Assembly (NCBI GenBank): GCA_002633005.1
Contig: NMRA01000287.1
Span: 62,001 to 126,000 of the forward strand
Direction of reading: 5' to 3'
Source of the DNA: Phoronis australis
Taxonomy: Eukaryota > Animalia > Phoronida
Length of the DNA stretch: 64,000 bases
In this document: positions 36,968 through 49,042 of the stretch, one piece after another
Numbering within the stretch: position 1 is the stretch's first letter
How the letters are laid out: every line of letters starts with the position of its first letter
Notes under the pieces: model-generated
Seen by the model: the letters and a program-made list of their open reading frames with translations, nothing else
Database searches by the model: none
What the model was told of the DNA's origin: nothing
Program-made: the position numbers and the translations under genes

Positions 36968-39103
36968 GAATTGGGGTATAAAGTCTTCACTTTAGCTGAT
37001 TTTAAAAAATATAAAAATATTGAAACTTAAAAATTGCTGTCCTTTATTGTGTGATGGTAGCGCCGTCTATTGATGGAGTCGTGAGTTAAGTCGAGTCGTC
37101 AGTTAATACGAAGTGGGCAAAAAGGTCCGCCCCCGAGAGACAAAAAGTCCGAGAAAATGGTACAAAAGTTCACTAAATAATCGCAAACGCACACTTCACA
37201 GTGGTGCTCCCGTTTTTTTTAGTCCGCCCGTTTTTTGTTAGCAAAAGGTCCACAACGTCAGGAATCCGAACCCCCCATATTGAAGGCTGGGTGCGCGCAT
37301 GTTTTAAATAGGTGTAAGATGGCCAATTCGTTATTTGGTACTTCTGACGACGAAATGTTTAGTCGTGTTTTTATTGGTTTTTACATTTAACTTGAGACCC
37401 CTATTTTAGCGTAATTCGGGAACATTCGCGGTGCGAACATGCCTATAAAAATGGGCCCCACACGCTCAAACTTCGGTTTCTGCCGGATCTCGATTCTATC
37501 CACAGGGAATCCCAACCAACACAAACTAACTGTTTGGGCCTTTTTTAATTTGGACTTTAACGTTTTCGGCTGAGATGTCGACAGAAGTTAGTGATGAGTT
37601 CTAAATTTGTAGATTTGTATTTCATTTTTAGATCATAATAAACTCAGAATATTTTTCTTCTTTTCTTCTACTCTCTTGCTCCTCTCTCCAAAAGCTGTCA
37701 CCATGGTTTTCTCGTATGCGATTCGAACGAGTGAAAAAGTACACAATGCTGCAAATATTTTTATCGGCCACGAACAGTCGACATTTCATGTACTAAGTAG
37801 ATCGGTGCTGGTAGCTCCACCGATTCCCGTTACAATTATATACCGTCACTGATACCCATTCTCCTGGATGTATCTCTTGGTTCTAAACCACATCAACCAC
37901 TCACATCCGCTACGCCATCTTTGTTGAGGAGAGAAACAGAAAAGAGCTAAGCTCCAGCCAGAAGTCTGCTATATTTTCTCCGTTTTAATTGAGGCTTTCA
38001 CTTACATTTTTTTGCAACAACAAAAAGTCTAATCTTCGACGTTCACGTTTACAACCTACCCCACTTGTGTAGTCGTATCGTGTCGTCTAGCCTACTACTT
38101 CGCAGAGGTATATGTTCAACAGCAGTCTAGGCTCACAAACAGATATCCAGCCCTGCGAGGAACACTTAACTGGTCATTTTGGGAATAATAATTGACTACA
38201 ATAATTTGATAATGCAGTATTGTTGAAATGCCCTGAGATTCATTTAGATCGACGTAGACAACACCCTGGAACTGGCAAGTAACATGTCTTATATACGATA
38301 GTAAAGATACCGATCAAAAGTGATACATGAAACCGGCGTTTCATACGACAATCATTTTATAAGTACAATCAGTCATAGCCTTGAGTTTTGAAATGCAGTT
38401 ACAAAGAGAAACTTGAGAAATTTGAAAATGTATACTGAAGAATGAGCGCATAAATACCAATTTAGGTTTCACCTTATAACTTGTTCTAATCAGAACCAAA
38501 GCTCCGTGGACACTGAGGCGACAAGGCGATAAGTCTCGGCCTGTTGTCAGAGACAGAGACGCCGAGTGAAACGCTATTCCCCGTTCGCGACTCGCTGAAA
38601 CTCAGTTTTTGTAGCACATTCGTTTATGACCTGGGCAGCACAGTTACATAGATATATGAAACAGTTACTTGAGTAGGAGCTGATTATTAAAAGTACGGTC
38701 AGATTGGTCTGTATGAAACTGTGACTGGATCACCAATGATGAATTTTATCAAATAAAAATTACTTACCAGATTAGGTGACACAGTGGTGGGTAACGCTTG
38801 GCATGTAACTTGTTGATCTAAGAATATTTTATGAATGTCTATGTGGACTGGAAGTGAGTTTGCTCACTTGTCCGATTGCGGGCTCAAAGATCAATTGATT
38901 CTGTAATCATGGTTTGTTTAGAGACTGGAAGAAATGTGCATTGTACGCTGTCAGCAGGAAATGTTCCTATTTGTATATCATGAAAGTGTATAATTGTGAC
39001 ATTTATTATTCAAACGACCTCAAAATTTCGAGTAAAGTTATAAATCACACAAATGTTTTAACTTTTGAAACAGTTGTAATTTTAATTACAACTGTTTAAA
39101 AAG

Positions 39104-39382
39104 TTTAAAGAAGCCCTCTACGAACGCATCAAGTCCCTCTCTGAATAAAGAAAGTGGATCAAGATTCCATCTGTCAAACTTATGGGATAGTGTCCTGACC
39201 TCGATGCCTCGACGTTTGGTTAAAACGTTACCTATTGGCCAGAAAAACAAGAACAACAATTGCTAAGCTGAAGTCCGTGAGAGACAGAGGCAACGTCGCT
39301 AACTCAAATAAGCAAATTCCTGAATTTGACTCAATTTTTCTGTATTTTGTAACTCAAGTGGATGTCTCAAAACTTTCCATAG
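39104..39382 (+). mobile_element. Penelope-like element 3' end/pseudo-LTR
   Basis: KEALYERIK/PSLNKESGSRFHLSNLWDSVL (end of a PLE ORF), then the hammerhead-like motif at 39266-39300. Confidence 0.8.
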
Positions 39383-40259
39383 CTGTTATAACACGTGTTA
39401 TTGGCATCCATCCAACGTTTACCATCACTTCTTTGCATTAACATATTTTAATATTATTATAATACTTTTAAAAATAAAATTCCTTGAATGTTTTAGCCTA
39501 AGAAGTTAAACACGTGACCTGTTTATAAATAAATGTTTATTTACAAACACCTCGGAGAGAGTAGTTTACCCCTTGGAACAAAAGTTGGCCTACTTGAATG
39601 ATCATGTTGCATATAGTAATTGCAAGAAATGAGAGTGTACTGCGTGATCGTGTGTTTACATGTGCAATGCAAGGTGTCAAACAAAGCAACTGAACGAATC
39701 ACTATACTTGAAAATAAACAGAGATCTTTCATGCAATTTCCCCAAGTTAAAGATTGAAATCCCATTTATTCTTATTGAAATAAAGGCTCATTTTTCATAG
39801 AAAAAATATGAGTAAAAGAGGATCTCATGATAAAGATAAAGTGAGAGGATAACATAACATTTGTGAGCAAACTAACGACCCCAGTGCGCAGAAGATTAGG
39901 AAACTTTGTCGAGTTCCTATATGGGACTGTTTCATGCAACAAACGCCTAAACCAAAACATGCACTCTGATGCCACTCCCAGAATTCCGCGTGTCGCATTT
40001 CACAAGGCCACCTTCTCATATAGATGACGCTGTGAGAGAGGATATGGGAGACGTTGAGGCACAGGGTTTCCAAATTTCTTTAAATATGAAGTTGCCCTGC
40101 TGAATGGAGTTATATGTGTGGAATACTCCTCGTGCCTGTACTTAAAAGGACTCTAAACCTTGTCTAATCTTCGTTCTGTCACTTGCTAATGCATCAGTGT
40201 GACGTCAATCGAGATAGCTAGAAGCAGGAATCAGCTGAAAAAAACTTATATTCCTCTGT

Positions 40260-40368
40260 CACAGTTGGTGGTCTTCCCCCACAGTTGGTGGCCTTCCCCC
40301 ACAGTTGGTGGTCTTCCCCACACTTGGTGGTCTGCCCCGACAGTTTGTGGCCTTCCCCCTCAGTTGCC
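40260..40368. repeat. 21-bp minisatellite, ~5 copies
   Basis: cacagttggtgg(t/c)cttcccc repeated. Confidence 0.9.
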
Positions 40369-40638
40369 GTGTAATTCGCTAAAAGCGTTGGTCACGCTTG
40401 CCCGTTAAAGACTTCGAAATGAGTTTTCAATTTTTTTCTCCAAAAGTTTGAGGATTGCCGAGAATTCTCGAGCATTATTTTATTTCAGGGTGTTAGATGG
40501 GAAAGTCGTTTTCAATGTCTGTTCATAGGCCAAAACGGGTTTGGTATCCTTTTAAACTTGTCGGCCTTCTCCATTGTTGTTATTTCAGTTCTACCGGAAC
40601 TAAATACACTTCTTCAGTATTCATATTAAGTTAACTGT

Positions 40639-41019
40639 CAGTGGCGGATCTAGGATATCACAAGGGGGGGGGGGCAACATTTTGTCCGGCTGGAAGCATT
40701 TGCGCAAACTGAACCACGATTGTAGATGAGCATAGCACCGAATGGGGGGAGGNNNNNNNNNNNNNNNNNNNNNNNNNNNNNNNNNNNNNNNNNNNNNNNN
40801 NNNNNNNNNNNNNNNNNNNNNNNNNNNNNNNNNNNNNNNNNNNNNNNNNNNNNNNNNNNNNNNNNNNNNNNNNNNNNNNNNNNNNNNNNNNNNNNNNNNN
40901 NNNNNNNNNNNNNNNNNNNNNNNNNNNNNNNNNNNNNNNNNNNNNNNNNNNNNNNNNNNNNNNNNNNNNNNGGGGGGGGGGGGCCGGGCCCCCTGGGCCC
41001 CCCCCTAAATCCGCCTATG
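40639..41019. mobile_element. MITE with CAGTGGCGGAT termini and 5-bp TSD (spans an N gap)
   Basis: ACTGT|cagtggcggatctagg...ctaaatccgcctatg|ACTGT. Confidence 0.8.
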
Positions 41020-42930
41020 ACTGTAAACCTTGTTTACCAACTTGTACATATGTGCAAATACCTTAAATTCCGTTAGCTCTAACTCCTACAAAGCATATAT
41101 TTTCTGAAAGGCGAATAAATTACAAAATTTATTATTATTATTATTGTTATTATTATTATTATTATTTGCTTGTCTTTGTTTTTGCACGATATATGGGACT
41201 TTGAGTAAAAAATTACTTTGAAAGTGGTGGCTGGTGCAGATTGCAAAGAACGCTGTCCATAAAGCACGACAAAGAGAGATGTTGAAAATGTTGAAATGGG
41301 GTAAGTTTCACTAATACAAGTTGTTCTAGGGTAGGCTGCGCATGCGCGGGGAGAGAACTACATGTAACGATGAGCTCCTTCAGATTACATCATTAATCAG
41401 TAAACAAAAAACTAAGCGCACACAATTTCAACTCGCTTAAATGACACCCCGTGGACTTGAATGCAATTAAAAGGCAATTTTCTGTAAACGTCTGCCAAAC
41501 ACGTGCACATGTCAGCCAGATGGCTATGAGGACACAAGTATTTCCCTTCTCGGTTATTTACGCCTGCATGATTTAGGATCCTATCAAAGGCGTAATTAGG
41601 CCCATGTGCTGCTCCAATATCTGGAACTCGGTGCATGCGCCTTTACTCGAGCAATTTCAAAAAAATCATAATTATTTGAAAATGATACTCCGGATACAAG
41701 AGATTTTCCAATGAGCTGGACTGCTATACGCAAAAGTTCAGACGTAAATCTAGTTACAGAATGTGATTTTTCTGAATTATAAGGTACATGGAAGAAATAC
41801 TTTGACAAACCAAGTTACAAGATTTTTTCACACGGGCGTTTGCGGGCATCAACAGCGTGCTGTGTGCCTGTACACAGGACTCTCATCTGCACCTATAGGG
41901 AAACTAGGGCGCTTGCACTTATATGCAAAGCGTTTGAGCAATTTCTTGAGAAAGAAATGCATTTCTCTCGAATGTACGCGCATGGGCCTCAATACGTGCG
42001 TTGGGTGACATTAGTATGTTGAAGCCGAACTCCAAAAGGTTCACATTACAAAGATGCAATGATCCTTCGCTTTCTGTCAGCCATAACTTTTGATTTACAC
42101 AACCTCCGGTTGTTATTCTCGTTATTAGAATTGATTTCTAGACTTGAGAAGAGCTCGCCGATCGTTATAGCTTAAGTTCTGCCTCCGGAAGGAATACGAA
42201 TTGCCGATTATTGATCGGAGGAAAGTGTCTCACATTAAACAACTATAAAACAGTTATACGTCTGTCACATTGTTTGAAACATTGCTTGAAGCATCCCACT
42301 GAGATCATACTGAACTAAGGTGGCGCTTTGGCGCTGGCAGGGTTGTTAATATTCACGAACACTCAGTTGTGATCCCAGCGATAGAATTTAACCAGTTTTC
42401 TACGGATATTTATGACACAAATATGAAAACAAATCTTCAGACATTATTCTTTCTCGGCGGTAATGTTTTACAGTACGACCATTGCAGCAGCTTATGGATA
42501 TCAGACAATCATAGCTAAAGTAACGTTGATTTGTTTCATATATGCGCATTTCCGCACAGTTGTCCGTATTTTGTCAGTTGTCACAGACACTGAATCCCGG
42601 TGATATGGCACTTAACCTACCTGTCATGACATGTATGTTTGAGAAAATTGGTTTGATTTTGTTTGATTTTGTCTGAAATTGACAGTGGGTTTGTTTAAAA
42701 GTTATCAATGCATTGAGATTTGTGCGTGGATGGAGAGAGAATGATTAAATCCAGTAATTAATTTATTGTATGATAACCACCGATTGAAATAAGTGAAAAA
42801 TGTTGTTAGTTAAGTTGACTAACAATTGACTGTAAATAAACAAACGTCTAATCAGATATCCAAGCAGTTGTTGGATGACAGTCCTGTTGTTGAATGTTGG
42901 AACTACACACACTGTACTGCGACAGTGCAC

Positions 42931-43115
42931 TTGCTGGTCATAGTGCTCTGTGACGTAACACATGCAGGCAATATCTTCTACACACGATTCCTCGTGCTGG
43001 TCACAGCCTCTCGTGACGCAACACTTGCAGAAAATATCTTCTACTCATAATTCCTCTTGCTGGAGACTGTCCCTCGTGAAAAAACACTTGTAGGCAGTAT
43101 CTTACTACTCACGAT
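42931..43115. repeat. Diverged 63-bp tandem repeat, 3 copies
   Basis: tgctgg...gtgac...acacttgcag..aatatcttctac recurs with a 63-bp period. Confidence 0.75.
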
Positions 43116-43694
43116 GCAAGTGTCAAGCTCTTAGTTACGGTAACTTCCTGTTCGTCAACCCTTGCCCTTGCCAAGATCCACTTTAAAATCTTCCACGAGA
43201 TGAATCTGTTGTACAATTTCCTCTGTACACTGTTGCAAGTATTTTCAAGACTTCTAACCAAATCATAACAATGTACTTACTTAACGATTGGCTATTAAAA
43301 ACCACATGATATGATCTAATCATGTCATTTGCTGTTACCATTTGCTCTCAGAATTTCTGGAATCTTTTGAGTTTGATCCCAGAACCAAAGTAGTAAATGT
43401 CATCTAAAATAGATCTTGACGTCAAAAATACATGTCAACAAGTTTAAAAGTACAAATGCATAATTTTTGTGCAACTTAAATGGAACTATCTCTGCTAATT
43501 ATTTATCAACGTTTATTCTAACAGCTTTTAACCTTGACAATATCTTTGCTCGTAAGGCAAAATAAGTAGCTGGCAAACGACCTTCCGTTTAAATTTGAAA
43601 AAATCGTACAACGGTTAAGGTCGCTACAGATCTGCATCGAGGAAAATGTACGTCGTCGAAGTTGATTTTTGGCGTCTATAACGAAACATTATGA

Positions 43695-43868
43695 AAATAA
43701 TTGCAAGCGGTCTAGTACACGTTATACCAGGCGTGCGCAGGCCGCGCATGGGTACATTGTACTGATCACCTGGAACTATTTTCGTGCTTTATTAATCTGT
43801 AGTTCAAAACCGAGCTGAGGAGCTAGAAACCTGACTCAAGGGTCTAGCAGTGTGGCCCAGTGGGACTC
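43695..43868 (-). mobile_element. 5'-truncated copy of the tRNA-derived SINE at 14381-14619
   Basis: Shared body aaaaccgagctgaggagctaga...gcagtgtggcccagtgggactc, cut within the B box. Confidence 0.8.
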
Positions 43869-43906
43869 ATTCATTTAAAGTCAGTGTTTAGTAGAGTACA
43901 TGTATC

Positions 43907-45080
43907 CTCGCAATGTAACAAAGACGGATACGACTTCAATTTTTACAAAAATACCTTACGTTTTGCGAGTTGATTTGCCATAGAAATCAATCGAAAAGCT
44001 AATCGAAAAAAACTGAAAACGTTCTTGAGCTAACTGGTAAAGTTTTAATTCAAAAAGGTTTCATTAAAATCGACGGAGGGGTTATTTTCTTTCTTAAACA
44101 TGGAATTTTGATTTTATAAAGGTGTTAACGTAATAATAATAATGCCACATAAGTATAAAACATATTTTTATGTTTCGTGATCTTTTCTTTCAGAAAATAT
44201 ATACTTTATACTAGTTGACAAAGCCTATTTTTATAAACCAGTTAGAATGGAGGCCACTAAATGAAGTTTGAAATAACCTTAAACAACAATAAACTATACA
44301 TATATTCCATGCTTGAGATTCTCACACACGTTGTGACCCAAAACAAAATTTTCAGACGAAACTGAGTGTTCCCTAGCAAATCCTACATCAACAGCGTGAT
44401 AAACTTAGAACGACTTTCAACAAAGTGCCCAATAATCCAGGGTATACAAACAACGGCCCTGGAATCTCTTCACTGTTTGCATTTATATTCACANCTCGCA
44501 ATGTAACAAAGACGGGTACGACTTCAATTTTTACAAAAATACCTTACGTTTTGAGAGTTGATTTGTCATAGAAATCAATCGAAGAGCTAATCGAAAAAAC
44601 CTGAAAGCGTTTTTGAGGTAACTGGTAAAGTTTTAATTTAAAAAGCTTTCACTAAAATCGACGGAGGGGTTATTTTCTTTCTTAAACATGGAATTTTGAT
44701 TTTAAAAGGTGTTAACGTAATAATAATAATGCCACATAAGTATAAAACATATTTTTATGTTTCGTGATCTTTTCTTTCAGAAAATATATACTTTATACTA
44801 GTTGACAAAGCCTATTTTTATAAACCAGTTAGAATGGAGGCCACTAAATGAAGTTTGAAATAACCTTAAACAACAATAAACTATACATATATTCCATGCT
44901 TGAGATTCTCACACACGTTGTGACCCAAAACAAAATTTTCAGACGAAACTGAGTGTTCCCTAGCAAATCCTACATCAACAGCGTGATAAACTTAGAACGA
45001 CTTTCAACAAAGTGCCCAATAATCCAGGGTATACAAACAACGGCCCTGGAATCTCTTCACTGTTTGCATTTATATTCACA
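43907..45080. repeat. Near-identical ~587-bp duplication (43907-44493 vs 44495-45080), probably an assembly overlap or haplotypes
   Basis: Single N at 44494 between the copies. Confidence 0.85.
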
Positions 45081-45283
45081 CCGGTACCTTCTTGACCCAC
45101 GATCACAGAGAAAGAGTTAATCTGCATTTCACGCTTTTCAGCGGACCAAAAACGAAAATCGAATAGCGGAAGTTTCATGTTGAGTGATGTGAGCATGAAA
45201 GCAGCTTCCGCTTGATCCCACATCGGATTTGGTGTTCGGAAATTCTGCAGTGGTTCATTAACCTAAAAACAGAAGAAAATTTC

Positions 45284-45640
45284 CACTGTCAGTCCCTATT
45301 GTTTATTGAAGACAATTAATTAATTTTTGCTCTTTGACATTGCTGGAATCGAAATTCTCCCGCTTTATCAGTCGCAGCCCTGATTTCGCAGAGCGCGGAA
45401 TGGAGTTCGCAGTGGGAACCTTGTGGAACATGATGTCCTTCTGTGGATGAACCTTGTGGAACATGATGTCCTTCTGTGGATGAACCTTGTGGAACATAAT
45501 GTCTTCCTTTTAATTGTGGATTCTTGAACAGTTTTGCCTTTATTGCAAGCTGTTAGTATACTCCATCGCACAGCGGTTGAAACTTACCGGCTTTATGAAC
45601 GCAGGAAAGGTATTAAAAAGCTCGTCATACTAAGTTGAAA
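45284..45640 (+). repeat. Interspersed repeat (second copy ~59599-59898) with an internal 33-bp tandem repeat at ~45416-45500
   Basis: Shared aaattctcccgctttatcag and caggaaaggtat blocks; gaaccttgtggaacatgatgtccttctgtggat x2.6. Confidence 0.7.
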
Positions 45641-46001
45641 CTTTTCTTGACCGCCTTTGCGCCAAAGATCTGATCGCCGTCTTGCCGGATTGTGCATTTC
45701 GATATGGCGCTATTGTTTCGAAATTCAGCCATTAGAAAAAGAGGGATAGAAAACAGGGGAAGGGAAAGGACTTTCATACAATCATTTGCACTCGCACTCG
45801 CTTGTATTGAATAACGAAGTATTATTCACTTATCCACGTCACCGTAACTGAAATTGCTCAAGTGAAATTGTATTACAATAAGATGAAGAAGCGACAAAAG
45901 GTTCCATCAACTAGTATGCGCATGATGCATGTTATTTCATTTATATAAAGATACGCCTGCAAAACCTTCCGCTATTCTACAACTTTGTCCGAGGCTTTAT
46001 G

Positions 46002-46066
46002 TAGACTTACCAAGCAGACTTACCATGCAGACTTACCATGCAGACTTACCATGCAGACTTACCATG
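46002..46066. repeat. 13-bp minisatellite, ~5 copies
   Basis: cagacttaccatg repeated. Confidence 0.9.
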
Positions 46067-47349
46067 CCGTTTATTGTCTCAAACAATATAATCATGGTTG
46101 AGACCCATTTCTTAATGAAGTAGAAATGTAATATTGAGACTGGGTATACTTATATTTATATGTACGGAAATGGAAATTTCACCTTGTTTGCCAAAGAAGC
46201 AATATAAAATGTGGTATAGAGACGATTCAATACCCAAGTTAAGTTAAACCCGCTTTTGGCCTATTAACATATATTGCCTTCGATGTAGACCTAGTATACG
46301 TTCGAAGTCCTGCGGTCTAATATAATTTTTAAAACGATTTTTCTGTCGCTTCTTCTTTTAACGATCTCGCTCGGGGTGGTACTGCACAGTTGCGATCCGC
46401 ACACAAGGAATTTTTTTAGACAATACGAGAATGCAGAAAGAAGTTAGGCCTATCTAAGAATCAATGTCATCGTTTTTAACGAACTCTGCACCAGAGGGCG
46501 CACTACTGCAGCAGTACAAATACATTGATAACGTAACTACCCCTATTCAGCTTAAACACTGTTCTAATATGCTACCGTTAAAGAGTTCACAAGAGGTTAC
46601 CCTGCATGACACAGATCTTAACGGTTAAATTACAATCGTTCTGTAAGCACCACTTTAGCTAATTTGTTTTTGTTTTTTTAGCCAGTTGAACTGGACCAAT
46701 TGTCAGTTGCATTACTGTCACATTTGCCTTGAAAAGACGATACATATACTTTGGACCAATATTTTCCTTGAGGGGTTACTGCAAAGGGTTCCAGTCAAAG
46801 AGTTTTTCGAAGCATGGCACCGATTGTTTGGTTATTGTGAATTTCGTAAATTTCAATTTTGGAAACGTTCGAGTTCTTTGTTATGTGCCTTTACAATGAC
46901 ACGTGATCAACGAGTGAGGTGGAAACGAGAGGACGCCGCGAGAACGAACAAGATATTTGGGAGCGATACAAAAGCGGAGTCAATGCTTGTTCATTTGGGT
47001 GCATGTATCATATCAAAAATAAAAAAAGTTTAATAAAAAGTTAAGATTTGAATAAAGGAAATCCGAAACAAATCAATTTTTGTCGTGGTACGTCAATTAC
47101 AAGAACTTAGTAAAAAATTGATGACGACTCAACTGGTGCTAGAACAGCTTACAAGACGAAGACACCCAATGCCTATATACATCGTCTCTCTAAGGGGGGA
47201 CGCTTAGTGTACGTTACGAACGAACACAAATTCTACATGCACCATCTTTCTGGGGGAGGGGGGGTGAACGTTTGCATATCGTGAACAGAATACAAGCTAG
47301 TCATTTATTAGTCGTACCTTTAGTATCTTTGATTGCAGAGTCATGGCTT

Positions 47350-47776
47350 AAACTGTTGAGGTTACGGTCTACAAACTGTTGAGGCTACTGTCTACAAACT
47401 ACTGAGGCTACTGCTTGCAAATTGTTGTGGCTACGGTCTACAAACTGTTTAGGCTACGGTCTACAAACTATTGAGGCCTGTTGAGGCTATACGGTCTACA
47501 AACTGTTGAGGCTTCTGTCTACGAACTATTGAGGCTACAGTCTACAAAGTGTTGAGGCTACTATCTACAAACTATTGAGGCTACTGTCTACAAACTATTG
47601 AGGCTACGGTCTACAAACTATTGAGGCTACTGTCTACAAACTATTAAGGCTACGGTCTACAAACTGTTGAGGCCACTGTCTACAAACTATTGAGGCTACG
47701 GTCTACAAACTGTTCAGGCTAGTCTACAAACTGTTGAGGCTAGGGTCTACAAACTGTTCAGGCTACAGTCTACAAA
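47350..47776. repeat. 23-bp minisatellite, ~18 copies
   Basis: aaact(g/a)ttgaggctac(g/t)gtctac head-to-tail, no spacers. Confidence 0.95.
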
Positions 47777-47995
47777 TAACCTATTCGTTGACTTACACGT
47801 ACGTAGTGTAGGCAAGTGCCTTTAACACATATTTTCAGTAAAGTTTGCGAAAATGATCGAGATTTAAACTAAAAAGGTTCCTTACGTTAAACTGGATTTG
47901 TAAATAGCGTGAGTCAACAGCAAGCAACGAGAAGGTATATATGTTGCATAACGTAACGAGAGGGTACATGTATATGCGTGGTACATGTGTAACCA

Positions 47996-48152
47996 CAGGC
48001 GTGCGTTCAGTAGACGCTAGGACCTACGCTAGGACCTAGCTAAAACCTAGTCATTGTCACTTGTTCTAATTTAAAATACACGGCAATATCTCACGTAATG
48101 TCGCGAAGTCTTGCTTTTTAGCGAGGTCCTAGCGTTACTGAACGGGAGGCTG
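47996..48152 (+). mobile_element. ~155-bp MITE, copy 1
   Basis: TIR caggcgtgcgttcagta.acgctaggacct / aggtcctagcgttactgaacgggaggctg. Confidence 0.75.
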
Positions 48153-48165
48153 ATACACCATCAGT

Positions 48166-48823
48166 CACGATATCATGCAGAATGGTGAATGTTGGCCAAT
48201 TCCCCTTTTGTCCACTGACGTCACAAGCATACTTGCGCCCCCAGTGGAGGCCCTGAGAACTCGTAAATAAACCGAGTTCATGAACCCGGTAGTATCCAGC
48301 CTAGCAACAGCCGAGCCAAGCAGACTTGTATTTATTGTGGGACGTTGAGTATCGCTTTTTTCTAAAAACATAATGCATGGTTTATAATAATGAATGGTGT
48401 ATAGTACCAATTAATTATGATTGAAAGATTCCTTTTTAGTCGAGCGTAAACGAGGCTATTTCGCGTGGGGATAAAACTTTGGCTTTGCCGGCGTGTGTAA
48501 CACCATAGACTATAGTTGTCTATAATCTATGGTAACACAGAAGAACAGTTGGATCGTGTTGCAGGATCGCTAGAATGAATATTCCAATTTTCTTAAATTA
48601 TTGGAACAATATTGATTTTCTGAGAAGTATGACATGCGACATTATTTAAAAAACACACTAAAACATAGCGACTCTGGAAAAATCATAAAAAAACACTTTA
48701 ACCACAGTCGCCAACATGCTTGTTTACGAGTTCTCAGGGCCTCCACTGGGGGCGCCAGTATGCTTGTGACGTCAGTGGACAAAAGGGGAATTGGCCAACA
48801 TTCACCATTCTGCCGATATCATA
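48166..48823. mobile_element. ~660-bp element with ~100-bp near-perfect TIRs
   Basis: 48166-48266 is the reverse complement of 48723-48823. Confidence 0.8.
48504..48531. mobile_element. 28-bp P-element-like remnant with 7-bp target duplication
   Basis: GTAACAC|CATAGACTATAGTTGTCTATAATCTATG|GTAACAC. Confidence 0.75.
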
Positions 48824-48887
48824 GACCTTATTGTTGCATAGCAGTTCATAAATCAATCGCTACGGTGGCGCCACCGGTCACGCAAAG

Positions 48888-49042
48888 CAGGCGTGCGTTC
48901 AGTAACGCTAGGGCCTACGCTAGGACCTAGCTAAAATGTAGCCAAAGTCACGGGATCTCACTTAAAATAGACGGCAATATCTCACGTAATCTCGCGAAGT
49001 CTTGTTTTTAGCGAGGTCCTAGCGCTACTGAACGCGAGGCAG
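48888..49042 (+). mobile_element. ~155-bp MITE, copy 2
   Basis: Direct repeat of 47996-48152. Confidence 0.75.

Noticed and set aside
47350-47776. CRISPR-like array
   Set aside because: Units are contiguous with no unique spacers, no cas genes are present, and the context is eukaryotic
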